A stretch of 64,000 bases of DNA from Tubiluchus corallicola (GCA_030141605.1 JAQGDQ010000034.1:682001-746000), one strand, 5' to 3'; positions 11,401-24,130 are shown, counted from the stretch's first letter. Notes: a model not told the origin generated them from the letters alone. Numbers and translations: made by a program.

Positions 11401-14400
11401 CATCCCCCACTATTAAGTACACAGTCTAGGTTTGCGCATAGGCCTTCATTATCCTTTTTTATAAAGTCTAGTTATTCATGTAAGTTCGAAAGTACGCGTA
11501 ATTAATGTTAATAATTCTCCCAGAGCGAGCATTGAACCCATTCCAGCGAGAACCCTCCTACTAGCCCACAGACCTACATAGAAAAAAAACAAAGCAAAAA
11601 CTTTAATTCAATTTATTAATAACGTAAGCTAAATGATTTTCTGTACTACATTAGACACAGACTTATTACGATTTATAAGATAAGTATACAAAGTTTTTAA
11701 ACATAGTTCTTTTAAAAATTTGTTTAAATAGCAATTATACAAGCAGAACCAAATGAAATGCTGTTTCCCGAGTGTACAATTTATGACAATTTTCGTGGCG
11801 TCAAGCTCAGTTTCAGAAGTCTACTACAGCTAGGTTGAATTAATGACTGGTTAGATGTCTATTTGGTTGAATGACTTTACGTAATAAACTTTTAAATGTT
11901 TCTAGGCACTGGATGGCAGCAAGTGAGTGGAGCTTTGAAGCAAATAACATCCGGTAATGGTCTCGTTTGGGGAGTAAACAGTGGTGATCAGATTTACATT
12001 CGTCTTGGTAAGTGGGAGGCCATTGTTTTTCTTTGCTAAATTAGATTTAGATTACAATATTTTTACATTACTTGATTCACTATAAGTCATAAATCATTTA
12101 TTTCACGTTACACATTTACAATAATTTTGTGTACAGTATGTGGTGAAAGGGCCTACAATGAATCTATGACCGTATTGAGTTGGAGTGGCGAAACATCGTA
12201 ATTGTTACAAATCAAAAATCAAATCACTTATTTTTACCCTAGTCAAAAAATACATAAAAATATGTACAAATTAAATAACCAAACAAATGGGAAGGGGTGG
12301 CGAATCACATCAGTTATCGAATCAGTCACCCCATAGTGAATATAAAATTACTGTTACGCTATGCTGTACATACATAGTAACTAATGTGATCTGTAAATAT
12401 ATAAACTGTGTTAATTCTAAAAAGTATTTAAAATATTTTGTGGATACCTAATCTATAAACTGTAGTAATTTTAAAAGAATTTAAAACATTTTCTAGCTAC
12501 CTGATTATTTTATTGAATTATGTACTTCATTTATCTGAGATTTACTATACATATTCCTATTTTTGACTGGAGAATGAACATAAAAGAAAATACTAGAATA
12601 CCTGGCAGCCACCCTCGTTTTATAAAACATTATTATTTATTTAGTTAATTGAGCGGCTTACATAATTTACAATGATCGTGCTGCATAATAAAAACTCGTT
12701 AGTAGCTAAAAAACGAAAGTAATTTCGATATTAACAATATGTTACCAGGTACTTGATATGTTTTGTAGTATCTACGGTAGATATCTTTTTCAGTGAGCTA
12801 CTGAATGTTTGTCGTGATCGCAAAAGTGCGTGTTCTCGTCATAATTCAGAGGTCTTTGGTTCACATTTAGGCCCAATTGTAACTGTTTATATTTTTTTCA
12901 TATTAGATTTAAAAAAATAGATTTAGTGACTATTGCAAATTTGTCCCTTCATCAGCTACTTTATAGCAACTAGGCTTAACCCCCCTTAACACCTTAAATT
13001 TAAAAATCTCTAAGCAATTTTTGTGTTTTCGTTACCTTCATTGTAATGGTATTAGCCCAATAAGGATAAACGTTACCTTTCTGTACATATTTTCTAGCGG
13101 TAGTAACTATGGTGACGTGTTTAACGGTTTACGTACAAACAGACTGAATTTTATTATGTTTTTGTATTGCTTTTATCTTTTTTATTATTTTATTATTCCA
13201 CGTAGGCATGTATACCAGGCAGTTTGCTTACCGATAAACCAAGTAATGACTGCCGCACCTAATCTAAACAGAGTTGAATGGACAGTGTAGGCACAGTTCA
13301 AAAAGTAGTATGCTCGATTTGACTTTGCGTCAGTTTTCATTGTCTGAATCCGGTATATGGTTGACTTTCACACAGTGTGACATATCGACTGAAAAATGAC
13401 ACACGAAATTAGCGCAGAAACAAATCAAGCATACTACATAAGTTAAGCACACTTCGCATTGTTTTACTACAAATGTGATACTGCGAGTGTTTGTTCTTTC
13501 ATTACTGATGATACTTCATTTAAAAATGACAACATTGAAACACGGCCACGCCTTTCATATCTGGTCCTTGACTCTCTTGGGCTTTCCCCTTACATGCAGG
13601 GCTGAACACTTGTAAGTGAAGTTCACGCAAAAGCTTGTCGAGATATCGCCTTGAAAATTACAGTTGAACGAAAGTTTCTTAATGTGGCCAGAAACGTTCT
13701 CTTTTTACCTAATCGATCACTTACGTAAGTGGTACTTGTTTAGTTACGTAGATATTCATGTTTGCCAGGTATCACAGCAGTCAATCCAACAGGAACAGAG
13801 TGGCATCGAATACCAGGAGGTTTAAAACAAGTCAGTGTTTCTGACGTGACTAATTACGTCTGGGGTGTCAACAGTGCAGATAACATCTACCGCCGCACTG
13901 GAATTAATAAACCAGGTAAATTTCTGTTCAAAAGTTGCAGGTTCGATTACACGCCTGATTGCAATAAAAACTCTGGAAAAATTTGGAAGAAGTCTTTGGA
14001 CAGGCATAAATATTTGTTTATCAACACTGTGACTTGTGTTTATAGTGTTTAGGAGCACGTGGAATTTCAAGTTTGATATTACAAAAGTGCCTCTTCTGAT
14101 AATAAACAGCATTATAGGTTTAAGAATTCCAAAATAAAAAATTGAAGTAACACATGAAACGAATTTTTTCTGCAAATTGGCAAAGGTACTTTAATGAAAC
14201 TTGTGGACCACTTCGGAAATAACTAATAGTCCTGTAATTGTTGGTTTAACTGTTATCCACGTTAAATAAAGGAATTAATAATGTTAATAAACTTGAGCAA
14301 TTTTCTTCTTTAATCAACCAAGATACTAAAACGGTCTTTTTCTTGCAGTGCCAGGGCAACCACTCCCAGGAGAACTGTACAATATTGGAACACAATGGCG

Positions 14401-17400
14401 TCAGATATCTGGTGGTCTCAAACACGTTTCTGTTGGAAAACGTGGTGTTTGGGGGGTGAACAGGTGAATACGTCTTTCTTTTACACATGAGAGAGAAGCC
14501 ACATGTTGCTTACCAAACTCTGGTTTAGATCAGATATTTTCTACTTTGACTTGATGTGTGGAATATAGAATTATAGCCCTACACGAACTATTGTCGTTTG
14601 GCATGTTCATAAGTTCTTAAAACTTGGCATGACGTGTTGATTCCAGCTACTCCTATCCGCTTCTGCTGCCCATGATGTCCCTCAAACTAGATTTGTATTC
14701 GCTGAACTTTTTGTATTAAATTTTTGAACATCAGTAGCTGTTCCCCTCTCGACTTTTTTGCCATAGGCTGAGACAGTCTTAGTACCTGCCCAATCCAACG
14801 CAGTCTTCTTATTTGGATTTTTTTACTCCAAGAGTTCTTCATCACATTAATCAGATCATCATTGGATATTCTGTCAAGCCATTTAACTTCCAACAATTTC
14901 CTGTAGAGACGTCTTTGAAAACCATCAACTTCCTTCTTTTAACTTCTAATGTCCAATGCTCAGCGTTAAATAAAAACACAGTTTAACTAAAGTAGAAAAG
15001 ATCCCAGATTTGGTTTCAAGAGAAAGTCTGTTTTTTTAATGTCTGTTAAATTTGAATAAGCAGAAAATATTAGAATTTTCATTCATTTTCTGTCAACTTC
15101 GGTGTCTTACAAGCCATCAGTCACACAAACTATAAATCACATCGAAAGCCAATAGGGTTTCATCTTGGTTACTATGAAGTGAGAATTTATTTTTTGCATC
15201 TTGGATTCATAGTCGTCTGGTATTTGTGCAAGTGTGAACATTCTTACAATGTTTTTTACGAGGATTATAATATTTCTACAGAAAAATCTGCCAGAATGAC
15301 AAGTACTGAATTTGAGAAACGATACTGAAAGTTTTTCTTTACGGAATGGAATAAGCCCGCGGTTGTTCAATATATTTAAACAAAACATGGGGCCGTTTCA
15401 CAAAGCCGTCACTAAGTTAAAACGACGTCGTTATTACATTGGCTTTACTATTAATAACGACCTCGCTAAGTTAGTGACGGCTTTGTGAAACTAGCCCCTG
15501 GATTTGAGCATAGGAATCTTAGGTCGAGACGCAAAGATTTTTTAACAGTAGACAGCACAGTAGTCTCTTCGAAATAATGCAAAACGTTCATGAAGTTATG
15601 ATCGTAATTATGTAATAAAGTTTCACCTCATAAAACGACAAAGAATGAAACCTTATAAGCCTGAAAATTTACTGCAAGCCAGAACCAGCAAATTAACGGC
15701 ATGTCTAATTTGCAATTATGATTGTGAAAAGACCGGCATCTGAGTCATTATATAGGCTAACCAACTGTAAGGAACCACAGAACTGGCTGATGTATCTTAG
15801 CCGTTCGGTTGTCGGTTTTCCCTCAACGACAAAACAAAATCAGCGTGGCGTAAGAAACCTCCCAGAGCGAGTACCAAACCCGGTTGTTTGTCATAATGTC
15901 AACCATGGGTCAGCGCATGTTTTAAGCTGCCACTCTAATGTTTCAGCGGTGACGACATTTACTTCCGAACATCCACAGAGGGAGGTGGTCACACTGACGG
16001 GATCACCTGGGTGCAGATTCCTGGAAAACTTAAACAGATAAGTTCTGGTAGTCAAGCCGTCTGGGGAGTGAACAGTGGAGATCAAATCTACTTCCGCACC
16101 GGCATTTCCCAAGATGCTCCCTCAGGAACCGGTTGGCAAAACATCGGTGGCGCTCTCAAACAGATCAGTGTCAATGAGCTTACCAATGAAGTCTGGGGAG
16201 TGAATAGTGCTGATCAAATCTACAGGAGGGTTGGCATAGTGTGTGGGTGTGGCCAGGTAGCCAACAATCTGCAGGGAACATCTTGGCAACAGATAAGTGG
16301 AAGTTTGAAATATGTTTCAACTGGAAGTTCAGGTAAGATTGTTTATTATTCTTCATGTAAATAGAATTATTATAATAACGTTGTTTCTGTGTCTTTGTGT
16401 CGTGATTTATAACAGCAGCAAATATATTATATATGCAATGCAATTATAGGAAAGATTGGACTTCTAACATAAACTGAAAAAGTTTCTGTAATGCATTGTA
16501 AGGAAGGCATTAACGAATAATGCGTTTATGTGATTGTCAAATTTGTGAAAATTTGATAATAAACGAGACATATTTGCTTCCAAGAATCCGCGAGTTTCTT
16601 TCTTGTAGCTTATGTCATTTCGCAGTTGTTGTTTTGGGTTTTTCTGGTTTTATTTCTTCTTTACGCCATGTCTATATCTACATCTACGTCTATGTGCCCA
16701 TCTCAATCTGTGTCCGAGTTGGCATTCGTCTATATTCTATATCTATACCTATGGACTGTTTATTGACAATTATCTCGTTGGACGCTGTCTCTACAGCATC
16801 TTCAATAATTTTCTAGGCGTCTGGGGTGTGAACGCGAACAATGACATCTACTACAGGACTAACACTGGATTCGGGATTACTGGGGCAGGAACCGGCTGGG
16901 TCAATGTTCCTGGCAAGTTGAAGGTAATCAGCAGTGGCAACAACATTGTCTGGGGCGTCAATCCTAGTGATGCCATATTCATCAGAGCAGGTAAGCAATG
17001 TGACTCAAATTTTAACTTAGAGGATAAGAAAATCTTCTATTTGCATAAAGCTAAAAAAACCGTCTAAAATTTTTCATTACTTACATATTATCTTTATTAC
17101 ATACAGAGCTTGTATGTATTTAGCAGCAACGCTGTATGAAACTTGAAAATTTATCTCCCGCGATAACCACTAAGCAAAGCTATTTTGACGGTAGGCAGGT
17201 TTGAATCAGAATATTTGTAGCGCAAAACTTGACTAAATTACTTTATCTTGTTAGTAAAATTATTAAATTTTATTGTTTTGGTGGGTCACTTCCAGTGATG
17301 TTTTTACCAGTGGGTGCGAACGTGTTAAATTATTAAGAATTTTCTGTTCCAATTACTTTTCAAACAAGTAAACGTAATGCAAAATAATATAACTTAAAAT

Positions 17401-18215
17401 TTGAGGAAAGCTTTTTGGGCATATTTTAAAATCGTGGGCAAAGATAATTCTTGAGCTTTATATTGGGATCCAGAACGTCCATAGATGACTTGTAACAGCA
17501 TTAACTACCTGAACGCCTAAATGGACTTAGTTTTAGGAAAGATCTACTTTCTTGCTCCACATTTCAAGGCCAATTCTGTGATAGCCTGTAAGCGTATCAG
17601 GTATATCTATTTTGGCACATGGCTGTGAAAATTAACTGAATTTAAAGACATTTTTGTTATATAAATTTATGCATCATGCTTTATGTTTAGTACATTATAA
17701 AAATGTGTTATAGTTACATATTGTTGTATAAACTTATGCTATATACAGCTCGCAAGACAATTGCCGCCAGTAACTAAAGATATTGAAACTGACGTTCTTA
17801 ATCGCGTGTCAAATTGTCAACTGAGTTTACAATATATGTGAAAGTTGATCGTGTTATTGTACAACCTTGTAGAATCAGTTATGAATCAGCTTACTAGCTG
17901 CAGTAGATTCTGGAAAACAGCGTGTCCTGACAGCTCAAGTGAATAAATTTGTAACACACCAGTAGTGAAAATTTCCGCCTAATTGATCCAATTATGCAGA
18001 CAGTAAGTGTATTTCAATATTTTACAGGTATTACAGCAGCAAGGCCAACTGGCACAGAATGGCGACAAATAGCAGGAAGCTTGAAGCAGGTCAGTGTCAG
18101 TAGCAAAGGAAATGTTGTCTGGGGAGTCAATGCAAATGACAACATCTATAGACGTCTAGGCATAGACTCTGTAGAATCTACACAAGTTGAAGCTTACGAC
18201 GGATGTTCCTGTTAA
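8429..18215 (+). CDS. Secreted tectonin-repeat (tachylectin-1/lectin L6/fish-egg-lectin-like) beta-propeller lectin, about 563 aa, 12 repeats. Coding exons 8429-8492, 9237-9467, 9873-10034, 10645-10767, 11906-12007, 13769-13915, 14349-14463, 15947-16332, 16817-16990, 18028-18215.
   Basis: Signal peptide MKILLTFLCIAVAVQNSDA. Twelve repeats of W.(Q)I.G.LK.(V/I)S.G...VWG(V)N..D.IY.R. All introns are GT-AG and the exon sum is 1692 nt in frame. AATAAA follows the stop codon. Confidence 0.9.
8631..9162 (+). mobile_element. MITE family A, copy 2 (in a lectin intron)
   Basis: Boundaries TTAA|AGGAAGACCGGACGATTGTTTAGAC ... ACACGATCATCCGGTTTTCCT|TTAA. Confidence 0.9.
10080..10283. mobile_element. Degenerate small MITE with inverted ends
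   Basis: The left end CGGGAGTTTTATCTC resembles the reverse complement of the right end (CGGAGTATTTAGAC). Internal AAACTCGC/GCGAG motifs are repeated. Confidence 0.4.
13305..13437. repeat. Inverted repeat / MITE remnant
   Basis: GTAGTATGCTCGATTTG ... CAAATCAAGCATACTAC. Confidence 0.6.
14540..15130 (-). mobile_element. RTE-clade LINE remnant
   Basis: The minus-strand translation LEVKWLDRISNDDL...WSKKIQIRRLRWIGQVLRL resembles the RTE ORF2 C-terminal motif. Homologous to 52690-53320. Confidence 0.75.
15389..15498. mobile_element. Palindromic mini-MITE (PIF/Harbinger-like ends)
   Basis: GGGGCCGTTTCACAAAGCCGTCACTAA ... TTAGTGACGGCTTTGTGAAACTAGCCCC forms a near-perfect hairpin. Confidence 0.8.
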
Positions 18216-18685
18216 AGCACGGTTACAAAATGGAATAAAATCCATCGGAAGAAAACAAAAATTTCAAATTTGACAAAATGACCAAATTTGTAGGATTAGA
18301 CTTTTGGTTAAGTAAATTAGTGTATTGCCTTCAGTGTTGTAAAGAATAAAAATGCAAATAAACCATTTAAAATAATTAGTGAATCTTTGTGAAGTCTATT
18401 TAAAACTGAATCTTAATGAAGTTGTTCGTTCTGTTGGACATTAATTTTTTACATAAACAATTCACGATTTTGCCAGAATTTTGGCATAAGTAACATACTG
18501 AATGCAAATAGCTAAAACCAACATCATTTTAACAGAATTAAAGTTCATTATAATAATTACAAACAATAAAAATAATGTAGTTCTAATTTACTTTAGGTAT
18601 ACAGTCTCTTAAATGCAGTCATTACCAAATATTTGCCGAAATTAAAGATAAGCATTTCAAAAACAATACAGATGGATGGATAGCC

Positions 18686-18896
18686 TGTGACGTGTTCTTA
18701 TCTGTGGCTAACAGTTTAATGTTTGGTCTTACTAAGATTTCCCTTATTATTTAATCGGGCTCACCACGAGGTAGGAGTTACGTAATATGGGATTTGCTTT
18801 GTTCATGATTATCTAAACTGATGCTCTTTTAATAAACGTTTGTTTTAGTATTCTCTAATTATTCAACTGTTGTGGCTGTATCTTGCAAACGTTACA
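18686..18896 (+). repeat. 5' LTR
   Basis: Direct repeat of 22747-22957. Contains AATAAA. Confidence 0.97.
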
Positions 18897-19006
18897 TGGT
18901 AGTACGGATGGAAGTTATCGGCAAGTGCTTAACTACTGATACGCTGATAACATCACTTCTTTACGTAACGCCAAACTTTCTATCGGGAAGACTGTGGTAA
19001 GATAAA

Positions 19007-22000
19007 ATGGCTGACGGCGAAGGTCATGTTCAAGTTACTTCCCCGTATAGTGTTCTACCTGCACCACCTAGACTAGACCTGCATGGAAATTTAGCTGTAA
19101 ATTGGCGAAAATTTCGTCGGGTGTGGGACAATTATGAGGTGGCTTTGAAGCGAATGATGCTGTTAGAACAGCCACATTATTGACCGTTTTGGGTCCTGAG
19201 TGTGTGGAAATTTTTGATGGACTAGAATTTGAAAATGAGGCAGACAAAAAAAATGTTGCAATGGTTCTACAAAAATTTGAAGCATTTTGTGTCGGAGAAA
19301 CTAATGAAACTTACGAACGATATTGTTTTAATAAACGCGATCAAAATCCTGGTGAAACAATCGATGCCTATGTCTCATCTTTGCGCACACTAGCCAAAAG
19401 GTGTAATTACGGCAATCTAACTGAGAGTCTGATACGGGATCGGATAATCCTAGGCATAACTGACAATATTACTCGTAAGCGACTACTGCAAGAGTCGAAA
19501 CTAACATTGAGTAGCTGCATAACTATTTGTCGCTCGTTTGCTGAGTCTGCAAGTCAACTTAAAGATATAAAGGCTGAACAAGCCTCGTACTCTGAACAAG
19601 TGCAAGCTGTCAAACCCAAAACTCATAAAGGTAGTGCTAAGAAAAAGGCGATTGACTGTCACTTCTGTGGGCATAAGCATGAATGGGACAAAAATAAATA
19701 TCCTGCTTATGGCAAAACATGTAACATTTGCCATGGAAGAAATCATTTTCAGTCTATGTGCAAATCTAGAGGTAGAACTGACACTCGTGCAAACTCATTT
19801 CCGTCGAGAAGAGGCCAAAGTGTCTTTGGCATGGCAAACTGTGAGGAAAAGTCGAATGAGTATATGATTGGAACTGTAACTCATACTGTTCATGCTACTG
19901 AACAGTGTACCACGCAACAGCCTCAGATTTACAGTGAATGGCTTATGGAGGGTACACCTACGATTTTTCAGATTGACTGTGGGGCCAGTATAAACATTAT
20001 ACCTGAAAGACTTGTGCCACATCATTTGTGTGATAAACTTGCTACTGTAAACACTGTGTTAGAAATGTGGAACAAAACTAAAATAAGTCCCATTGGGCAA
20101 GTCAGATTGCCAATTGTAAATCCAGTGAATAAGAAAAGTTACTCTGTGAACTTTTTGGTCGTAAACGAAAATTATGTACCATTGTTAGGTTCTTGTGCTT
20201 CACAGCAAATGAAGCTTATTACTGTAAATGAAAATAACTTCAAAAGGGTTGAATCAGCCAATGTTGCTAATATGTTGTGTAGTGATAGCAGTACTAGGCC
20301 TACAGTACATGTTTCAGATGTTTGTAGTGTTGCTGATTGTAATGCTTTACTAACTGAATTTTCTGATATTTTCAGTGAGGTACCAGGAGAATTCCCTGGA
20401 TGTGTAAGTTTGAAAATTGATCCTACTGTACCGCCATTTGTTCAACCATGTAGGCGACTTCCTTATAACATGCGAGATAAATTTAAAGCTGAACTTGACA
20501 GACTCAAACAAAACAACATCATTGAACGTGTAGACCACCCTACTGACTGGGTTAACGCTTACACAACTGCTACTAAACGTTCGGGCAGTATCAGAATCTG
20601 CTTGGATCCTAAACCACTGAATAAGGCTATCAGACGAGAAATCTACCATATTCCTATAATGGAGGAGCTTACTCCTAGACTGTGCAATGCGAAGCTCTTT
20701 TCTACTTTCGATGTGACAAGTGGGTTTCATCACATGAAGCTAGACGAAAAGACTAAAGATCTAACAACATTTGATACTCCGTTCGGTAGATATCGTTATA
20801 CTAGAGCTCCGTTTGGGATTTCGGCTTGGCCTGAGATTTTTCAGAAGAAAATGGATGAGCAAATACAAGGCCTAAAAGGAATAGAAGACTTCCACGATGA
20901 CGTACTAATTTATGGTTGTGGTGCTACCATTACAGAAGCCGGTGTTGACCCTGACAACAAACTGAAAGCATTCTTTGAACGATGTCGTGAAAGAAATATA
21001 AAACTGAATCCAGATAAAAGTCAGATTCGACGTAGTGAAGTGCGATACCACGGGCATATTCTGAGTGCTAATGGTATTAAAGCTGACCCCGACAAGGTCG
21101 TAGCGGTGCAAAATATGCCAGCTCCAATCGATAAGACGGGAGTAAGAAGACTGTGTGGTTTTGTCAATTACTTGGCAAAGTTTTTGCCTATGCTTTCTGA
21201 AGTCTTAAAACCTATTAGTAATTTAATGTCTGACAAAACAGAATTCAGATGGAACTTTGAACAAGAAGAGGCATTTGCACAGGTTAAAAAGCTCATAACT
21301 ACATCTCCCGTGCTCAGATATTACAACCCAGATGAAGAACTCACTCTGCAATGTGACAGCAGTCAGTCAGGCTTAGGTGCATGTCTAATGCAGAATGGTC
21401 AACCAGTTGCATTCGCCTCTCGAACTTTGACTGCAACCGAACAGAACTATGCGCAACTTGAAAAGGAAATGCTGAGTCTAATTTTTGGTATTCAAAAGTT
21501 TGACCACTACTGCTACGCTCGTGAGAGAATTGTATACCCACCAAGCGAAAGGCTGTCTTTCATTAGAATGGTTCATGCTAGCCACCTGGGAATACAAGGC
21601 TGCTTGCGAAGAGCACGTGAAGTTGTATTCTGGCCTCGGATGAACGCTGATTTTGAATCTTACATTCAAAAGTGTGAAATCTGTAATGCATATCCACGGT
21701 CACAGCAAAAGGAGGAATTGATTCCACAAATTGCAACTCGACCATGGCAGATTGTAGGAAGTGATCTGTGTGAGGTAAATAATACTGATTATCTCATAAC
21801 TGTTGACTATTATTCCAACTTCTTTGAAATAGACAAGCTTGAATCAAAAGAAGCTAGAACAGTCATAACAAAGTTGAAAGCACATTTTTCTCGGCATGGA
21901 ATACCAGAAATGCTCCGTTCTGACAATGTGCCATTTGATTCTCAAGAGTTTAAAACTTTTGCTAAAATTTATGGCTTCCAGCATGAAACTTCTTCACCGA

Positions 22001-22632
22001 GGTATCCAAAATCAAATGGCAAAGTTGAGAATGCTGTCAACACTGCTAAGCGTTTGATGAAGAAAGCGCTAGTTGCAAAAGAAGACCCATACTTGTCTCT
22101 ATTGGCTTATAGAAATACACCAGCGGAAGGTCTTAATGCATCACCAGTTCAACGATTGTTTGGAAGACGGACACGAACTACTCTACCAATGCCATCTTCC
22201 TTGCTAGAGCCGAAACTTGTGCCAAATACTAGAGAGAAAATCATTGCTCAGAAGGATCGCCAAGCTACATATTACAACCAACAGGCGAAACCTTTGATTC
22301 AATTAATGGTTGGGGATGTTGTACGTATGGACCCTCTACGAAAAGGGAAGATGTGGGAGAAAGCTATAGTGATACGGAAGATTGGTGAAAGGTCTTACCT
22401 TGTAAAGACTGAAAGTGGAACCGTGTACAGAAGAAACAGAGTTCATCTGCGCAAGACTTCTGAGACTTATATAGATGAATCTGTATACTGCCCATACGAC
22501 AACATGAGACAGAAACAAGACGTGATACCAGACAGACTTAACGATAACAGACAGAGGAATGATAACGAGATTAGAACACGTTCTGGTAGGCGAATTCAGA
22601 GACCTAAGTTTCTTAATGATTATGTTACCTAG
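19007..22632 (+). pseudogene. gag-pol polyprotein (Gag, Zn knuckles, protease, RT, truncated RNase H, integrase) with a frameshift near 19145
   Basis: The ATG at 19007 gives ...LDLHGNLAVNWRKFRRVWDNYEVA, then the reading frame shifts to NDAVRTATLLTVLG. Domains seen: CCHC knuckles, IDCGA protease, RICLDP/FHDD RT, LQCDSS..GLGA/NYAQLEKE RNase H, and HHCC plus D,D,E integrase, in Gypsy order. Confidence 0.92.
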
Positions 22633-22746
22633 TTTGAGTATTAATAACCTTGATGTTGACCTTTAATTTTGTGACCTTGATATCTGCCTACATTGATGTT
22701 TTTCAGTTTAGTTGGTCTACGTTACTTACTTTTAAAACGAAGAGGA

Positions 22747-22957
22747 TGTGACGTGTTCTTATCTGTGGCTAACAGTTTAATGTTTGGTCTTACTAAGATT
22801 TCCCTTATTATTTAATCGGGCTCACCACGAGGTAGAAGTTACGTAATATGGGATTTGCTTTGTTCATGATTATCTAAACTGATGCTCTTTTAATAAACGT
22901 TTGTTTTAGTATTCTCTAATTATTCAACTGTTGTGGCTGTATCTTGCAAACGTTACA
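22747..22957 (+). repeat. 3' LTR
   Basis: Direct repeat of 18686-18896, followed by the TSD TAGCC. Confidence 0.97.
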
Positions 22958-23626
22958 TAGCCTGTTAATAAACAAGCGAACAGAGAAATGAGAAAGCAGA
23001 AGTACAAAATATTTGGCTAGTGTGCACTAGCAGGGATATTGCTTAACATAAATGGCTGGCAGAAATAGCGCATTACGTCGAATTCACTGAACTGCATTAA
23101 TTCATGAATGGAGTGCTAAACTGAAGCACTGTTCCAACAAAAAGCACCCTAGCCATGTTGTGATAGGTACATAAATTAAATACATCTCTCCTCAAGGAGC
23201 TTAATAGCTCATAGCAGTATGATAAATGCTGGAAAACATTCACGTAATAGAGTCACCAATGCATCCATTAAATTTTTACTGATAAAGTTAGGGTTTGCAA
23301 ACACCATCACCAAACTATGTCCTTTGATCTATTGAAACATAATTGTATTTTCCTAGTTATACATGTAATTTTGAACTAACAATTGCAGCTACATGTCGAC
23401 GTTAAAAGTTTTGATGATAATTATGTCTAAAAGTCTATGATAAGATAATACAGTTCATCTTTGTGGAATAAGTTAATTTAAGACGGAAGTTGAAAAAAAG
23501 CGTTTTACACACTGAACTTCAACGTTGTTCAAATTCAGGTGTTAATCTTTTTCATACATGGCGAAACAGTCATTTTTGACAATGATTCATCATGCAGGCT
23601 TTCGGTGCCAGAGATTCAACAGAAAC

Positions 23627-24012
23627 TAGGGGCGAGCATCGAACGTTCGAGTTCGAATTCGATTCGAAAGATTTTTTTTAGTTTGAATTCGATTCTAACC
23701 TAAAATTATAGATTCGAATAATTCAGCACTTCAGCGTTCTTTATCATTAAAAATATCATGCTATTAGCGCAATATAGTTGTAGTTTCTGCGCAAAATTTT
23801 TAACAACCTAATAGTAGGCTTATTGCAGAACAAAATCAAGTAATATACATGATCTTTGTAATACCACTTTTTATTAGTGGTTCGAAAACTTGTCCGAAAT
23901 CCTTCAAACTCCATTCAAATTCGATTCGGATTCGAAATAATGAAATTCGGTTATATTCGAATTCGAGAGTCACAAATTCGATTCGCTTTTTGGTAGAGAA
24001 TGCTCATCCTTA
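23627..24012 (+). mobile_element. hAT-type MITE family B, copy 1 (TTCGA-rich)
   Basis: TIRs TAGGGGCGAGCAT ... ATGCTCATCCTTA, with a perfect 8-bp TSD ACAGAAAC. Confidence 0.9.
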
Positions 24013-24130
24013 ACAGAAACTTTTAAGTAAATAAAATGCAAATAAATTTAAATTTCTCTGAGGACGCACCATTTAAATCTATGAACAATTTTCGTTCATC
24101 GGGTACTAGCGTCTGGTAAGACAACCAAAG

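Larger units (their letters stand above)
18686..22957 (+). mobile_element. Full-length but defective Ty3/Gypsy LTR retrotransposon (Mag/SURL-like)
   Basis: LTRs 18686-18896 and 22747-22957 (TG...CA, 211 bp, one G/A mismatch). TSD TAGCC on both sides. PBS TGGTAGTACGGATGG resembles the initiator-Met PBS. A purine tract AAAACGAAGAGGA precedes the 3' LTR. Confidence 0.97.

Noticed and set aside
12810-12875. tRNA-Met-like sequence (GCGTG...CATAATTCAGAGGTC...GGTTC)
   Set aside because: There is no acceptor stem or intact cloverleaf. It is probably a degraded SINE head, not a tRNA gene.
19501-22518. Short antisense and alternate-frame ORFs within the Gypsy element
   Set aside because: They are shadows of the gag-pol frame with no recognisable motifs.
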